Below are positions 10,931-19,855 of a DNA stretch of 64,000 nt, in pieces (the stretch's first letter is position 1; the number at the start of each line of letters is the position of its first letter). The notes under the pieces are model-generated. The model made no database searches. It saw only the letters and a list, made by a program, of their open reading frames with translations, and had not been told where the DNA came from. Both the position numbers and the translations under genes were made by a program. The stretch comes from Candidatus Binatia bacterium (GTDB lineage: Bacteria > Desulfobacterota > Binatia > Bin18): contig OY761159.2 of assembly GCA_963664395.2 (NCBI GenBank), positions 1,728,001 through 1,792,000 of the forward strand, given 5' to 3'.

Positions 10931-11053
10931 TGGTAACGCCTGGGCTCCTATTCGCCTGGGTCACTGGCTCATATCGGAACTTATACCAGCGATATTTCTT
11001 TGTCGATTTAGTGATATATCTTCTAGCCGAGAGGATTTTTACACCATCTCAAT

Positions 11054-11830
11054 ATGGAAAAGGCAGTGATATATCCCCCAAGAGCAGTCTGGAAGGCGTT
11101 CCCGGATGCCGTGTTGCTAGCTGATGAATTGGCAGTCAAGCAACATCCCGACTATTCCCGTGCGAAGGCGGGTGATGTGAGGGCCGCGACGAGCCTGGTC
11201 AGTCAGATGGTTGACGAAACAGGGGTTGATACGGTTCGGACGTTGATCGCTCACGTCGGTACGAGCGATACGCCCATGTTCGTCAGCGCTCACGCTTACG
11301 AACGCCACGGTGTCAACGCAATTCCAGGCGCGTTGGCTTCATTCCTGAGCGAACGGACCGGTATCCCGTATGAGACTGTCGTTGTGCAAACCAATATCGT
11401 TTCCCATACGAGTGCGGATGGTTATGGTCGCCTCGCCCGTCAAGCCTGTTTCGGGGGTCAGGTCGATAGGGGCCGTGAATACGTGATGGTGGAGGACGAC
11501 TTCGTCGGGCAGGGAGGCACACTGGCGAATCTGCGTGGCTGGATAGAGAAACAGAGAGGCAGGGCTGTCGGAGCCATTGCGCTGACCGGCAAACCCTATT
11601 CCGCTAAACTGAGCCCATCAAAGGAGCAACGCTATGAACTCCGACAACGACACGGAGCGGACTTTGAAGAATGGTGGCAAGAACATTTCGGGCACTCCTT
11701 CGATTGCCTTACTCAATCGGAGGCTCGGTACCTCACCCGCTCCCCGGATGTTGACACCATACGAAATAAACTTGCTGCGGCAAAGCAAGAAGGAAGTAGC
11801 CGAGGTCGCACGCGCAATCCTCACGGATAA
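11054..11830 (+). CDS. Phosphoribosyltransferase-fold protein
   Basis: HPDYSRAKAGD, NAIP, and the PRPP loop VMVEDDFVGQGGTLANLRG. Confidence 0.8.
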   Translation: MEKAVIYPPRAVWKAFPDAVLLADELAVKQHPDYSRAKAGDVRAATSLVSQMVDETGVDTVRTLIAHVGTSDTPMFVSAHAYERHGVNAIPGALASFLSERTGIPYETVVVQTNIVSHTSADGYGRLARQACFGGQVDRGREYVMVEDDFVGQGGTLANLRGWIEKQRGRAVGAIALTGKPYSAKLSPSKEQRYELRQRHGADFEEWWQEHFGHSFDCLTQSEARYLTRSPDVDTIRNKLAAAKQEGSSRGRTRNPHG

Positions 11831-11843
11831 AAACGACGCGTAA
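11748..11843 (+). CDS. Putative 31-aa helical peptide overlapping the PRTase 3' end
   Basis: MLTPYEINLLRQSKKEVAEVARAILTDKNDA; its TAA lies 1 nt before the cas3 ATG; RBS weak. Confidence 0.4.
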   Translation: MLTPYEINLLRQSKKEVAEVARAILTDKNDA

Positions 11844-11844
11844 A

Positions 11845-12937
11845 ATGAATTCCGGGACTTCTTGTAACTTTCACGATCGATTCAAAGCGCTGACTGACAA
11901 CTCGCCATTTTGCTGGCAACGCCGTCTCTTTCACGAGTATTTTGCCAAGGGCGCTATTCCTGCCGCGCTGGATATCCCAACCGGTCTCGGCAAGACTTCC
12001 GTCATGGTTCTCTGGTATTTGGCGCAAATAACTGGAGCCAAAGTACCCCGGCGTCTCATCTATGTGGTCGATAGACGAGCGGTTGTCGATCAAGCGACGG
12101 CTGTCGCCGATGAGATTCGAGAGAAATCGCAAGACTCCACATTACGCGTGAGCACACTACGCGGCCAGTATGTAGACAACCGGGAATGGCTGGCCGACCC
12201 GGCTGCACCAAGTATCGTTGTCGGCACAGTGGATATGATCGGGTCGCGGCTGTTGTTCTCGGGTTACGGCGTATCGCGTAAGATGCGCCCCTACCACGCC
12301 GGTTTGCTCGGAGCAGATACGCTGGTCGTGCTTGACGAAGCACATTTGGTTCCGCCGTTTGAAAAACTTCTCGAAAGGATTGCAAATGGAGCCGAGGCAT
12401 TTGGTCCGCGTGAGCACAAGGACAGGGAGATCGTGCCGCCATTCAAGCTGCTTTCGCTGTCGGCCACCGGACGCGAAGATAGCCCGGATAGATTGAACGA
12501 AAAAATAGTCTTTCGACTTTCGTCCGAAGATATGACGGACGAAACCGTCAAAAAACGCCTTGAGGCACGCAAGCGGCTGAAAATCCACGTGCTTGATGAC
12601 GAACCACAATCAGTGCCGCAGCTTGCCGAGCGGGCATATCATCTCGGTAGGAGAGCGGCCCGCGTGCTCGTCTACTGCGACCGCCGAGAAGACGCTGTGA
12701 GGGTAAAAGAAGGAGATTGATGAGAAGTGCAAGAAAGCGAATCTCGAACCTGCGTCCGAGCTTCTGGTGGGAGGACGGAGGGTATTTGAGCGGGAAGCCC
12801 TCTTTGATTGGTTGAAGAAGTACGGTTTCCTGAGCGATGCCAAAGGAAAGCCTGAGCAGCCGACCTTTCTGATTGCGACCTCGGCGGGCGAAGTCGGCGT
12901 TGATTTGGATGCCGACCACATGGTGTGTGACTTGGTT
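11845..12937 (+). pseudogene. cas3: Type I-G (formerly I-U) Cas3 helicase, frameshifted and truncated
   Basis: PFCWQRRLF, DIPTGLGKT, RRLIYVVDRRAVVDQA, GTVDMIGSRLLFSGYG, DEAH, SAT. An extra A lies near 12708. ATSAGEVGVDLDADHMVCDL then stops before motif VI, and there is no HD domain. Confidence 0.88.
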
Positions 12938-12971
12938 GAGCCGCCTCGCGTGATGCCAGCTACGCCGCCCC

Positions 12972-13002
12972 TGTCGGATTACGCTCCGCTAATCCGACCT
13001 AC
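12972..13002. repeat. GTAG-type REP
   Basis: tgtcggattacgctccgctaatccgacctac hairpin. Confidence 0.85.
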
Positions 13003-13076
13003 GGTCTAACTGATAGTTACGGGTTCAATTCCGGTCGCCTCCATGAGCAAAAGATTGTTGAGTAACATCGTATATA

Positions 13077-13169
13077 ATCCCCTCCCTGGAGGGGTGCCAC
13101 GTCAGCGGCGGGGTGGGTCGTCCCCACGAAGCGCTGTCGGATGACGCTGCGCTCATCCGACCTACGGGG
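13077..13169. repeat. Composite REP-like element, second copy
   Basis: Same two-unit arrangement and orientation as 10621-10718. Confidence 0.85.
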
Positions 13170-13170
13170 C

Positions 13171-13755
13171 TTATTTTGATTTCGCCTGTTCCAATTCACC
13201 GTAGGTCTTAATGTTGTGATCTTGAACATCGAAGAAATGTGCAAGCCAACGCTGATAAAATAAAATACGGGCTAACTCGCTTCTCTTATAACCCATCGCA
13301 CGCACTAATTCGTTATGGCACATCATATCCAGAACCCGATGAACGGGCGGTTCGTCTGCCTCAATTTCAAGACGGCGCGCCGTAAATTTGGCTAAGAATT
13401 GCGCATCTATCGGCCTTGCTGCGAGTTCCATCTGACGTTCAAGCTCAATAAATTGACGACACAGATCGTCATGGAGACGTGCCTTCGTTGCTGTCCCAAC
13501 AACAAGGTCGATTGTTGAGAAGACGGTGACGAAGGCTGCTGCGACAGTAGGGTAAAGAAGGTCCGTCTTGTTCAGCAGGGTAAAGAACGTAGCCGAGCCA
13601 AAGATGACCCCAATAGCATTGGTGAATCGGTGCAAGAAGTCGAAGAACCTCCGCCGTCGGGCGTTATAACGAATCGACCGCCGAACGCCAAAGAGCAGGT
13701 TGTGCCACTTAAAGTCAAGCTGGTCCTGGTCTCGTTTTGCAACAGAGTCGCTCAC
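13171..13755 (-). CDS. Two-TM SLATT-like membrane protein
   Basis: Basic N-terminal helix (RSIRYNARRRRFF), two TM helices, A.LH..L...F.ELE and IEADEPP tail; low GC. Confidence 0.6.
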   Translation of the reverse strand: MSDSVAKRDQDQLDFKWHNLLFGVRRSIRYNARRRRFFDFLHRFTNAIGVIFGSATFFTLLNKTDLLYPTVAAAFVTVFSTIDLVVGTATKARLHDDLCRQFIELERQMELAARPIDAQFLAKFTARRLEIEADEPPVHRVLDMMCHNELVRAMGYKRSELARILFYQRWLAHFFDVQDHNIKTYGELEQAKSK

Positions 13756-13796
13756 TGTCTCATCCTAAGACAAATTCGGAAGGTGCAACTCTATGA

Positions 13797-13988
13797 TTAG
13801 TCACCCTCGTCTTCTGGTTTTGGCGATGATGGTTCAGGGGGCGGGGGAAGTGTATCGCGTGTATCTTCTAGTATGGGCGTTCGCTCGTACGTCCTTGAAT
13901 TCTCGCTCCTCTCTCTCTTCTCAATTTGCTCGGGTTTCTCGGGAATTTGCTCAATCCGTCTCTCTTCTTTTTCAGCCATTAGATACAT
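13797..13988 (-). CDS. Small charged, Pro-rich disordered peptide
   Basis: AAGGA RBS upstream; MAEKEERRIE...DTLPPPPEPSSPKPEDEGD; 41 nt upstream of the SLATT-like gene. Confidence 0.6.
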   Translation of the reverse strand: MYLMAEKEERRIEQIPEKPEQIEKRERSENSRTYERTPILEDTRDTLPPPPEPSSPKPEDEGD

Positions 13989-14057
13989 CCTTTCTTCGAC
14001 TATCTACTATGTTACTCGTTGATAGAAAACCTAATGTCAATGAGGTTGTGTAAGCGA

Positions 14058-16973
14058 TTAGACTACAAGCCCAGCAGTCTTAGGGTGGATCTTCCCCCCA
14101 TGTACGGACGGTTCGGCACACCACTTAGCGGTCAGACGGCGCACGGCGCGGTAGGTGTCTTCGTCGAAGCCCAGCAGGTCACAGACGACACGGCGGTCGA
14201 GATGGGTACGGTTAGGGTCGGCATCGGCTAAGTAGGCAGGCAGCAATTCCATATCCCGAAACTCGTTGAAAATGGCCTCAGCGGTCAACAACTGCTCATC
14301 GCTCAGCGTGCAGAAATCGAGCACGGGTAGTGTTTCCACCGCTCGTATCGTTGTTATCCCGCGTCCGGCCTGTTGCCGATTCGCATGCCACCAAAAGGAC
14401 AATAACCCCAGCGTAGAATTGCACCATACGGCCAAAGCGTGCTCGAAACGGGTGTCAGGAAACATGACGTTGGGCCATGCCCTCCCGCCTATGCTCTTCT
14501 GCTCGGTGATTGCAACGGTTAGTGGTTGTGAGTTGAGACGAAAATCAAGGTTGATATGGGAACGACTGGCGGCTTCCCATACCCGAGATGCTTTCTCTTC
14601 CATGCCTGGTCTGACCAGCAGTTGCGAGTCTGGAGCGCACACCATCCGCGTCTCGTTTCTGGCGTTGTGATTCCACAGGGCGGGATATGTAGCGGTTGGA
14701 CTGGCTGCTGCCTTAGAGAACGGACCGCGCGGGAGCCTTCCGATAATGTCAAGGTGGTACAGACCAAGTTCGCCAACTTCACCCAACGGCGTTGTTTTCA
14801 ATTCCACGGCCAAAGGACCACCGGGCAACCACAGCCTGGAATCCGTCAGAGCATAGGCGGTTTGCGCCAGCGAATAGTCGGCCAGCCGCACACCAGCCCA
14901 CGTCTCGCCGTCCACGCTGCACAGGGCAGTCAGCATCTCGCCGGTGCTTTCATCCCCAACCATCAACGGCGTCCCACCATATGGCCCATCCTCAATCTGC
15001 CTGACGGGTTCGCCGTGATTGAGGCCGGTGGCTATGGCGGCAGCGTGGGCAAAGCCCTGCGGTCTGCGGTTCAGCGATGTGAAATGAATACGCCGTTCAG
15101 TGACTTCCCCTTCTGTGAGCTTGCGGGCAATAACCAGGCATTCGGCCATGCCCGTGTCTGATGAGAAGGACATAGCATCACCGGTGGCGGCAATACTCAG
15201 CACGGCCACATTGGTGTAGTGTTCCATGATCGTCTGTCGAAAGCTCTGCCACGACAAGCCAGCGGCAGCGGACAGAGGTAGGACCAAAGCCAGCACGCCG
15301 CCGGGCTTGAGCTTCTGGTGTCCCAATGCCGCAAAGGCCGAGGCAATACCGGCATTGCCGTGATAGCAGGTACCCTTTGTTAGTTTGGACATCCACTCTG
15401 CCATCTCCCTTTGCGTTTCTTCGGTAGTGTCAAAGGCGGCAAAGGCCGCTATGGGTGCATCGGCATAGGCTCCCTCGTGAGTGGTATTCCGGGTAAACGG
15501 CGGGTTCATAATCACCAGGTCAAACCCCTCGTCGGGGATGTCGGTAAGAATGTGGGCCGCAGTCTCCTCCCCGGCGCTGCCAGTCCGCTGGGCCGGGTCG
15601 CTGGTGTTGATGAGCACCAATTGTTTTGTCGCGTGGAGCAGTTCCAACGAACCAATTTTCACACTGTCGTCGGTCTGACGGCCATAGGCCAGGGTGTACA
15701 GCCGCGACTTTCCGAAGCGAACCTGCGGCTGCATTCCTGAGAGTGTCGAACCCGTAATGTGAATCGCAGAGGGCATGACATCGCAGCCGTACAATACTTC
15801 TTCCATCATGGCCGGGTGTAACTGAGCCGGGTCGCCACCAGTGCGCTCGTGACGGGTCGCTACCTGTTCATACACCGCCGACAGGAGCGCGCCCGTTCCA
15901 CATGCAAAGTCGCCGATGCGCAGATTGGCGATAGCGTCAGCATCCGCCCAGTCTACGCCGTCCAACTTGGCGACCGCCAGACGAGCCAACAGGGCTGCGG
16001 ACGCCGGTAAGGTGTAGAAAGTTGCCAGATATTTGCGGTCGGCAATTAGACGCTGGAAGATGCGTCCGGTCAGGTCGTGGGCGTTGGTAACGCCTGTGGT
16101 GGTGATGTCCTGAGCGGTCTTGCGTAGCGTACCCAGGATGCGGGCCGCTGTGTCGGACGGCAACTGCGACACAATATCGCGGGCAATGGCGAAGATGGCC
16201 CAATAGTTGATGTCCAGAATGTGGGACCAAGCGGCCAGGATTTCGTTCTGCGGGTTGGTGGCGGATGGACCACACACCAGACGCAGCGGCTTGACGTTGG
16301 CGTGCATGCCGGCCAGCCGCTCGTGAAACACCAGCGCGTTAGCGATAATGGCGCAGGCCATACGCCGGGTTTGGGACACGTTGGCCATGCCCAGCAGCCG
16401 GGCGACGTGCGCAGCAATGGCCGGGCGTGTTGCAGCCATATCGTGCAGGATAGTCACGGCCCGGTCGATGCCCTCTTTCAGAGCGGTGGCCGCTGCGTCT
16501 ACCGCGTGCTGGGGAATGGAGACGAGGCGAATCAGGTCAGCCAGGTCGGCCACCGAGCCATTCAGCCAGCCGGCAGTGGGAAAGCGCCGGATGTCTTCAC
16601 CCGCCTTGGTGAACAGACAGTAGGACAGCCCGGCTTCGGCTATGGCTGCTCGCAAATCATCGGCATAGCCAAGGTCTGCCGGGTAACGCAGAGCAATGGC
16701 GGCCTCAATGGAATTGGGTTCGTCTACGACCGCCAAACCGAGCCGGACAGTGGCCTCGGGTTCCACGGTATGAGCTGGCAGGTATTCGGCTTCGACAACA
16801 ACGGGAGCCCGGTCCGGGGCGGTAATCAGATTGTCAAGCTGGAGCCCAGGGTGTCCGACAATGAGCCGGGTGTGCTCGGCCCGCACGGTACAGCCGGGCA
16901 GCATCCTCTTGAGGAGTTCGCCCAAGGCGACGTTGACGCTGGGTTCGGTCTGGCGGGCTTGTTGGTGGGGCAT
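14058..16973 (-). CDS. Type IIG-like restriction-modification fusion (N6-adenine MTase with putative N-terminal nuclease and C-terminal TRD)
   Basis: FYTLP, DFACGTG (motif I) and MNPPF (motif IV) in gamma order; N-terminal LD....VVVEAE resembles PD-(D/E)xK. Confidence 0.75.
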   Translation of the reverse strand: MPHQQARQTEPSVNVALGELLKRMLPGCTVRAEHTRLIVGHPGLQLDNLITAPDRAPVVVEAEYLPAHTVEPEATVRLGLAVVDEPNSIEAAIALRYPADLGYADDLRAAIAEAGLSYCLFTKAGEDIRRFPTAGWLNGSVADLADLIRLVSIPQHAVDAAATALKEGIDRAVTILHDMAATRPAIAAHVARLLGMANVSQTRRMACAIIANALVFHERLAGMHANVKPLRLVCGPSATNPQNEILAAWSHILDINYWAIFAIARDIVSQLPSDTAARILGTLRKTAQDITTTGVTNAHDLTGRIFQRLIADRKYLATFYTLPASAALLARLAVAKLDGVDWADADAIANLRIGDFACGTGALLSAVYEQVATRHERTGGDPAQLHPAMMEEVLYGCDVMPSAIHITGSTLSGMQPQVRFGKSRLYTLAYGRQTDDSVKIGSLELLHATKQLVLINTSDPAQRTGSAGEETAAHILTDIPDEGFDLVIMNPPFTRNTTHEGAYADAPIAAFAAFDTTEETQREMAEWMSKLTKGTCYHGNAGIASAFAALGHQKLKPGGVLALVLPLSAAAGLSWQSFRQTIMEHYTNVAVLSIAATGDAMSFSSDTGMAECLVIARKLTEGEVTERRIHFTSLNRRPQGFAHAAAIATGLNHGEPVRQIEDGPYGGTPLMVGDESTGEMLTALCSVDGETWAGVRLADYSLAQTAYALTDSRLWLPGGPLAVELKTTPLGEVGELGLYHLDIIGRLPRGPFSKAAASPTATYPALWNHNARNETRMVCAPDSQLLVRPGMEEKASRVWEAASRSHINLDFRLNSQPLTVAITEQKSIGGRAWPNVMFPDTRFEHALAVWCNSTLGLLSFWWHANRQQAGRGITTIRAVETLPVLDFCTLSDEQLLTAEAIFNEFRDMELLPAYLADADPNRTHLDRRVVCDLLGFDEDTYRAVRRLTAKWCAEPSVHGGKIHPKTAGLVV

Positions 16974-16994
16974 ACGCTTCTCTTAACCAAGATT

Positions 16995-18165
16995 TCACGA
17001 AGGAAACTGAACTTCCCCTCGCAACTGACTGATACCATGTAGCGGTTCACTGATCTTTCCGTCTCGTAACAGTTTGAATATCCGCCCACGCAACGCTGCC
17101 GGTCGATAGCCTGCGACAGTGTCGAACCGCTCTTTTACCGAATAATTCACAAGCGGGAGGTCTTTCGGGTCCTGGCTCCGAGCGTCGTTGTCGCTGACAT
17201 ATACCGCTCGTGGTTCCTGGCCAGGAATTGTCGTCACTCCCGAATTTGCGTGCAGTATGCCGTGGACCAGGGGGTTGATGGCGATGTCGTCAACTTCCAA
17301 ATCGGCCAACTCGCTTTTCTGGGATTCCAGCAGCCCGTGGATGGCCGCGTAGTTCCCCTCCTCAATGCGAATACGGTTGACAAGCGCCTTCTTGCATTCA
17401 GCAATCATGAACGTCAGCGCGCCGTCGGACAGTCCGTCGAACCAATAGCCTCCGCCGATGTCGCTATGAACGCCGGGAAACCACACTTCCAGAATACGGC
17501 CTGGGTTGCCGTCATCTTTGTTGATGAGCGTTGGCTCGAACGACACCCGACTCTCGTCGAGCGATACGATATGCACCGCCCGGTCAATGCGTTCGTTCAA
17601 GGTGCCGTTCTCAAAGACAACGTGACTGCTGATACGTTCGCCTTTGCGATGCATACCACCCATCGCGGCAACGGTATCGAACACGCCCAGATAAGGATAC
17701 GCGGCACTGTGCATGCTCTTCCAAGATCATACTGGCGAATTTCCGGGCCAGTGCCGCGCCACGGCTGAAGCCCAATATGACAAGTGTATAGTCGGACTGG
17801 TAGTCTGCCTCTTTGAAGTCCCTCATAGCCTCATTCAGAATTCTTCGGGCATCGCCGAATCTTGGGGCTATAGCCTGATTGATCAGCTTTTGCCCAAACG
17901 AGAATAGTCTCCCTAGAAGAGGCACTTGCCACCCGTCTTCCCGTGTCCCAATACCATTGAAGTAGAACGTGCTTTGCTGCTTTCCCTCCGGCGTTCTGGT
18001 GTCAGACTCGTCCTCGTTAATCCCCCCTCCCATCAGAATGTGGAGCTTCAAGACGTTACTAATGCTCTCATCTTCCTGGAATTCATCCGCATCGCTGGGC
18101 TCGTTACCTGTCCCGTCGAAACTGAAGACCAATGTTTTCCCATCCGCGTCAGCCATCGCACTCAC
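16995..18165 (-). pseudogene. DUF2235 / Tle1-like alpha/beta phospholipase, single frameshift
   Basis: FDGTGN, SNVLKL, GIGT, GFSRGAA, LGVFDTV, H.VSLDE.R..F.P, WFPGVHSDIGGGY; one extra base near 17695. Confidence 0.85.
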
Positions 18166-18291
18166 TCCTTTCTCGGCATTGTCCCGTTATCGTAAGTTGG
18201 GTATTGCTCCGCACCCTATGAACTACTGAGTCGGCCTGTCAAGGTCGGAAGGTTGCCCGTTCGGCGGGCGTGTAGCTTGGACAGGCTCGGC

Positions 18292-18428
18292 AACCACAGG
18301 GGTTACCCCTACGACAATTGGAGCGCGGCCATCTTGGCCGCAGCCTGCTTCTGCGGGCTGGAAGCCCGCACTCCTAAGCGAATCGGGCAGGCTCGCATGC
18401 CTGGATTCCCGCATGCGCGGGAATGACG
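18292..18428. repeat. Cluster of three different REP-like palindrome families
   Basis: accacaggggttacccctac; ggagcgcggccatcttggccgc...gcgggctggaagcccgcactcc; ggattcccgcatgcgcgggaatgac. Confidence 0.75.
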
Positions 18429-18450
18429 CCCAAAGAATGATGGTCCGCCT

Positions 18451-19617
18451 CTACGCCTCAATGCCATAGAAACGCAGGGCATTCGTCCCCAGGACCTTGC
18501 GCTGGTCGGCGCGCGGTAACGGAGCGATCCGCTCTTTCAGCTCGGCGGCCACCCCGTAGTCGGAGTCGATATGGGGATAGTCCGAGGCCCAGACGAAATA
18601 GTCGGCCCCAATATGCTCGATGATGCGGGCGGTCAGGGTTTCGTCGGGGTCGGCCGAGACCAGGCATTGACGATAGAAATACTCGCTGGGTTTCAGCTTG
18701 AGTACGGACCGGCCCGCCAGCGGTGCGTGTTTATGGTCCAGCCGGTCCAGCCAGGCGGAAATCCAGTTGGCGCCGCACTCCAGGACCGTACACTTGAGAC
18801 GCGGATATAACTCGAACATGCCCAGGGCAATCATCTGGGTAAAGGCCGCCATGACATCAATGGCCAGAAAGGCGAAGTTGAACAGGCCGAAATCGCCCTC
18901 GCCCTGGATCCAGTCGCGCCACGACGGCTCGTCGCGCAGGACCACATGAAAGCCGACCGGCATCTCCAACTCCTGAACGGTTTCCCAGAAGCGGACAAAG
19001 GCGGGATCGTTGAAGTGCTTCCAGCCGCGGGCCACCATGTCCGGCGAGAGAAACACCCCGACGCAGCCGTTCTTCTTCGCCCAGACGACTTCTTCAACCG
19101 CACCGTCCGGATCAATCAAAGAGATATGCGCGATGGGATACAGCCGTTTTTTATTCTCGCTACAGAAATCGATGATCCAGCGGTTATACGCCCGCGTGTA
19201 GGCGGTGGCGAGTTTCGGGTCGGTCACCCAGCCTTCCCAGACAATACCAACGGTGGGGTAGAGGAGGGAGATATCAATGCCCTCGCTGTCCATGACTCTG
19301 AGGCGCGGGACAGGATCATAGCTGCCCGGCGGACAGCCATCGGCATAGGTGCGCTGGCCCGGCGTGAAAAAGGCTTCGGACTCGGCGGCGTCCGAGCCCA
19401 CTCCGCCCAGCGCGCCCAGGGTTCCGCGAATGACGTTCAGGGGCTTGTTGTCGAACATGAGGACTTCCCAGCCGTTGTCGTCATGTTCGAGGCGCACGGC
19501 CCGGTCTCGATACTGCGGGTCGATATATTTCTGCCAGGTATCGAGCGGCTCCAGCACATGGCCGTCAGCATCCACAACCGGTCCCGGACTCTCCGTCGCC
19601 ATATAACACCTCCTCAT
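18451..19617 (-). CDS. Amidohydrolase_2 family protein (start probably 19602)
   Basis: DADGHVLE, MDSEGID...YPT, AYNRW, GFH, WASDYPH, LGTNALRFY. Confidence 0.9.
   Translation of the reverse strand: MRRCYMATESPGPVVDADGHVLEPLDTWQKYIDPQYRDRAVRLEHDDNGWEVLMFDNKPLNVIRGTLGALGGVGSDAAESEAFFTPGQRTYADGCPPGSYDPVPRLRVMDSEGIDISLLYPTVGIVWEGWVTDPKLATAYTRAYNRWIIDFCSENKKRLYPIAHISLIDPDGAVEEVVWAKKNGCVGVFLSPDMVARGWKHFNDPAFVRFWETVQELEMPVGFHVVLRDEPSWRDWIQGEGDFGLFNFAFLAIDVMAAFTQMIALGMFELYPRLKCTVLECGANWISAWLDRLDHKHAPLAGRSVLKLKPSEYFYRQCLVSADPDETLTARIIEHIGADYFVWASDYPHIDSDYGVAAELKERIAPLPRADQRKVLGTNALRFYGIEA
18460..18507. repeat. 48-bp exact direct repeat, copy 2 (within the amidohydrolase gene)
   Basis: Identical to 10730-10777. 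Confidence 0.95.
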
Positions 19618-19855
19618 TGTGTGATGTTCCCCTTTACTTCCCCACGCCTCACGCTGTCAAGAAACCGACCTCCGACCCGCGTACCGATCTCCTTCCCCAT
19701 TACTTGACAGTCTCTGAGCAACTGGTTAGGTGGCATCCTTGCGATGACCGCAATCAGCCAGGACCGGTCCGGGCAGGGTGCTCGGACGAGAGGGCCACTC
19801 GGAGCTGTCGCCGGCTGAGATGCAAACTGATCGCTGACCACAGGAGGTTCTGATC

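Noticed and set aside
12718-12720. TGA in cas3 as selenocysteine
   Set aside because: Homology continues in another frame, so this is a frameshift, and it is not a Cys position.
12940-13170. Possible CRISPR array next to cas3
   Set aside because: The repeats are dispersed REP palindromes with no repeat-spacer periodicity.
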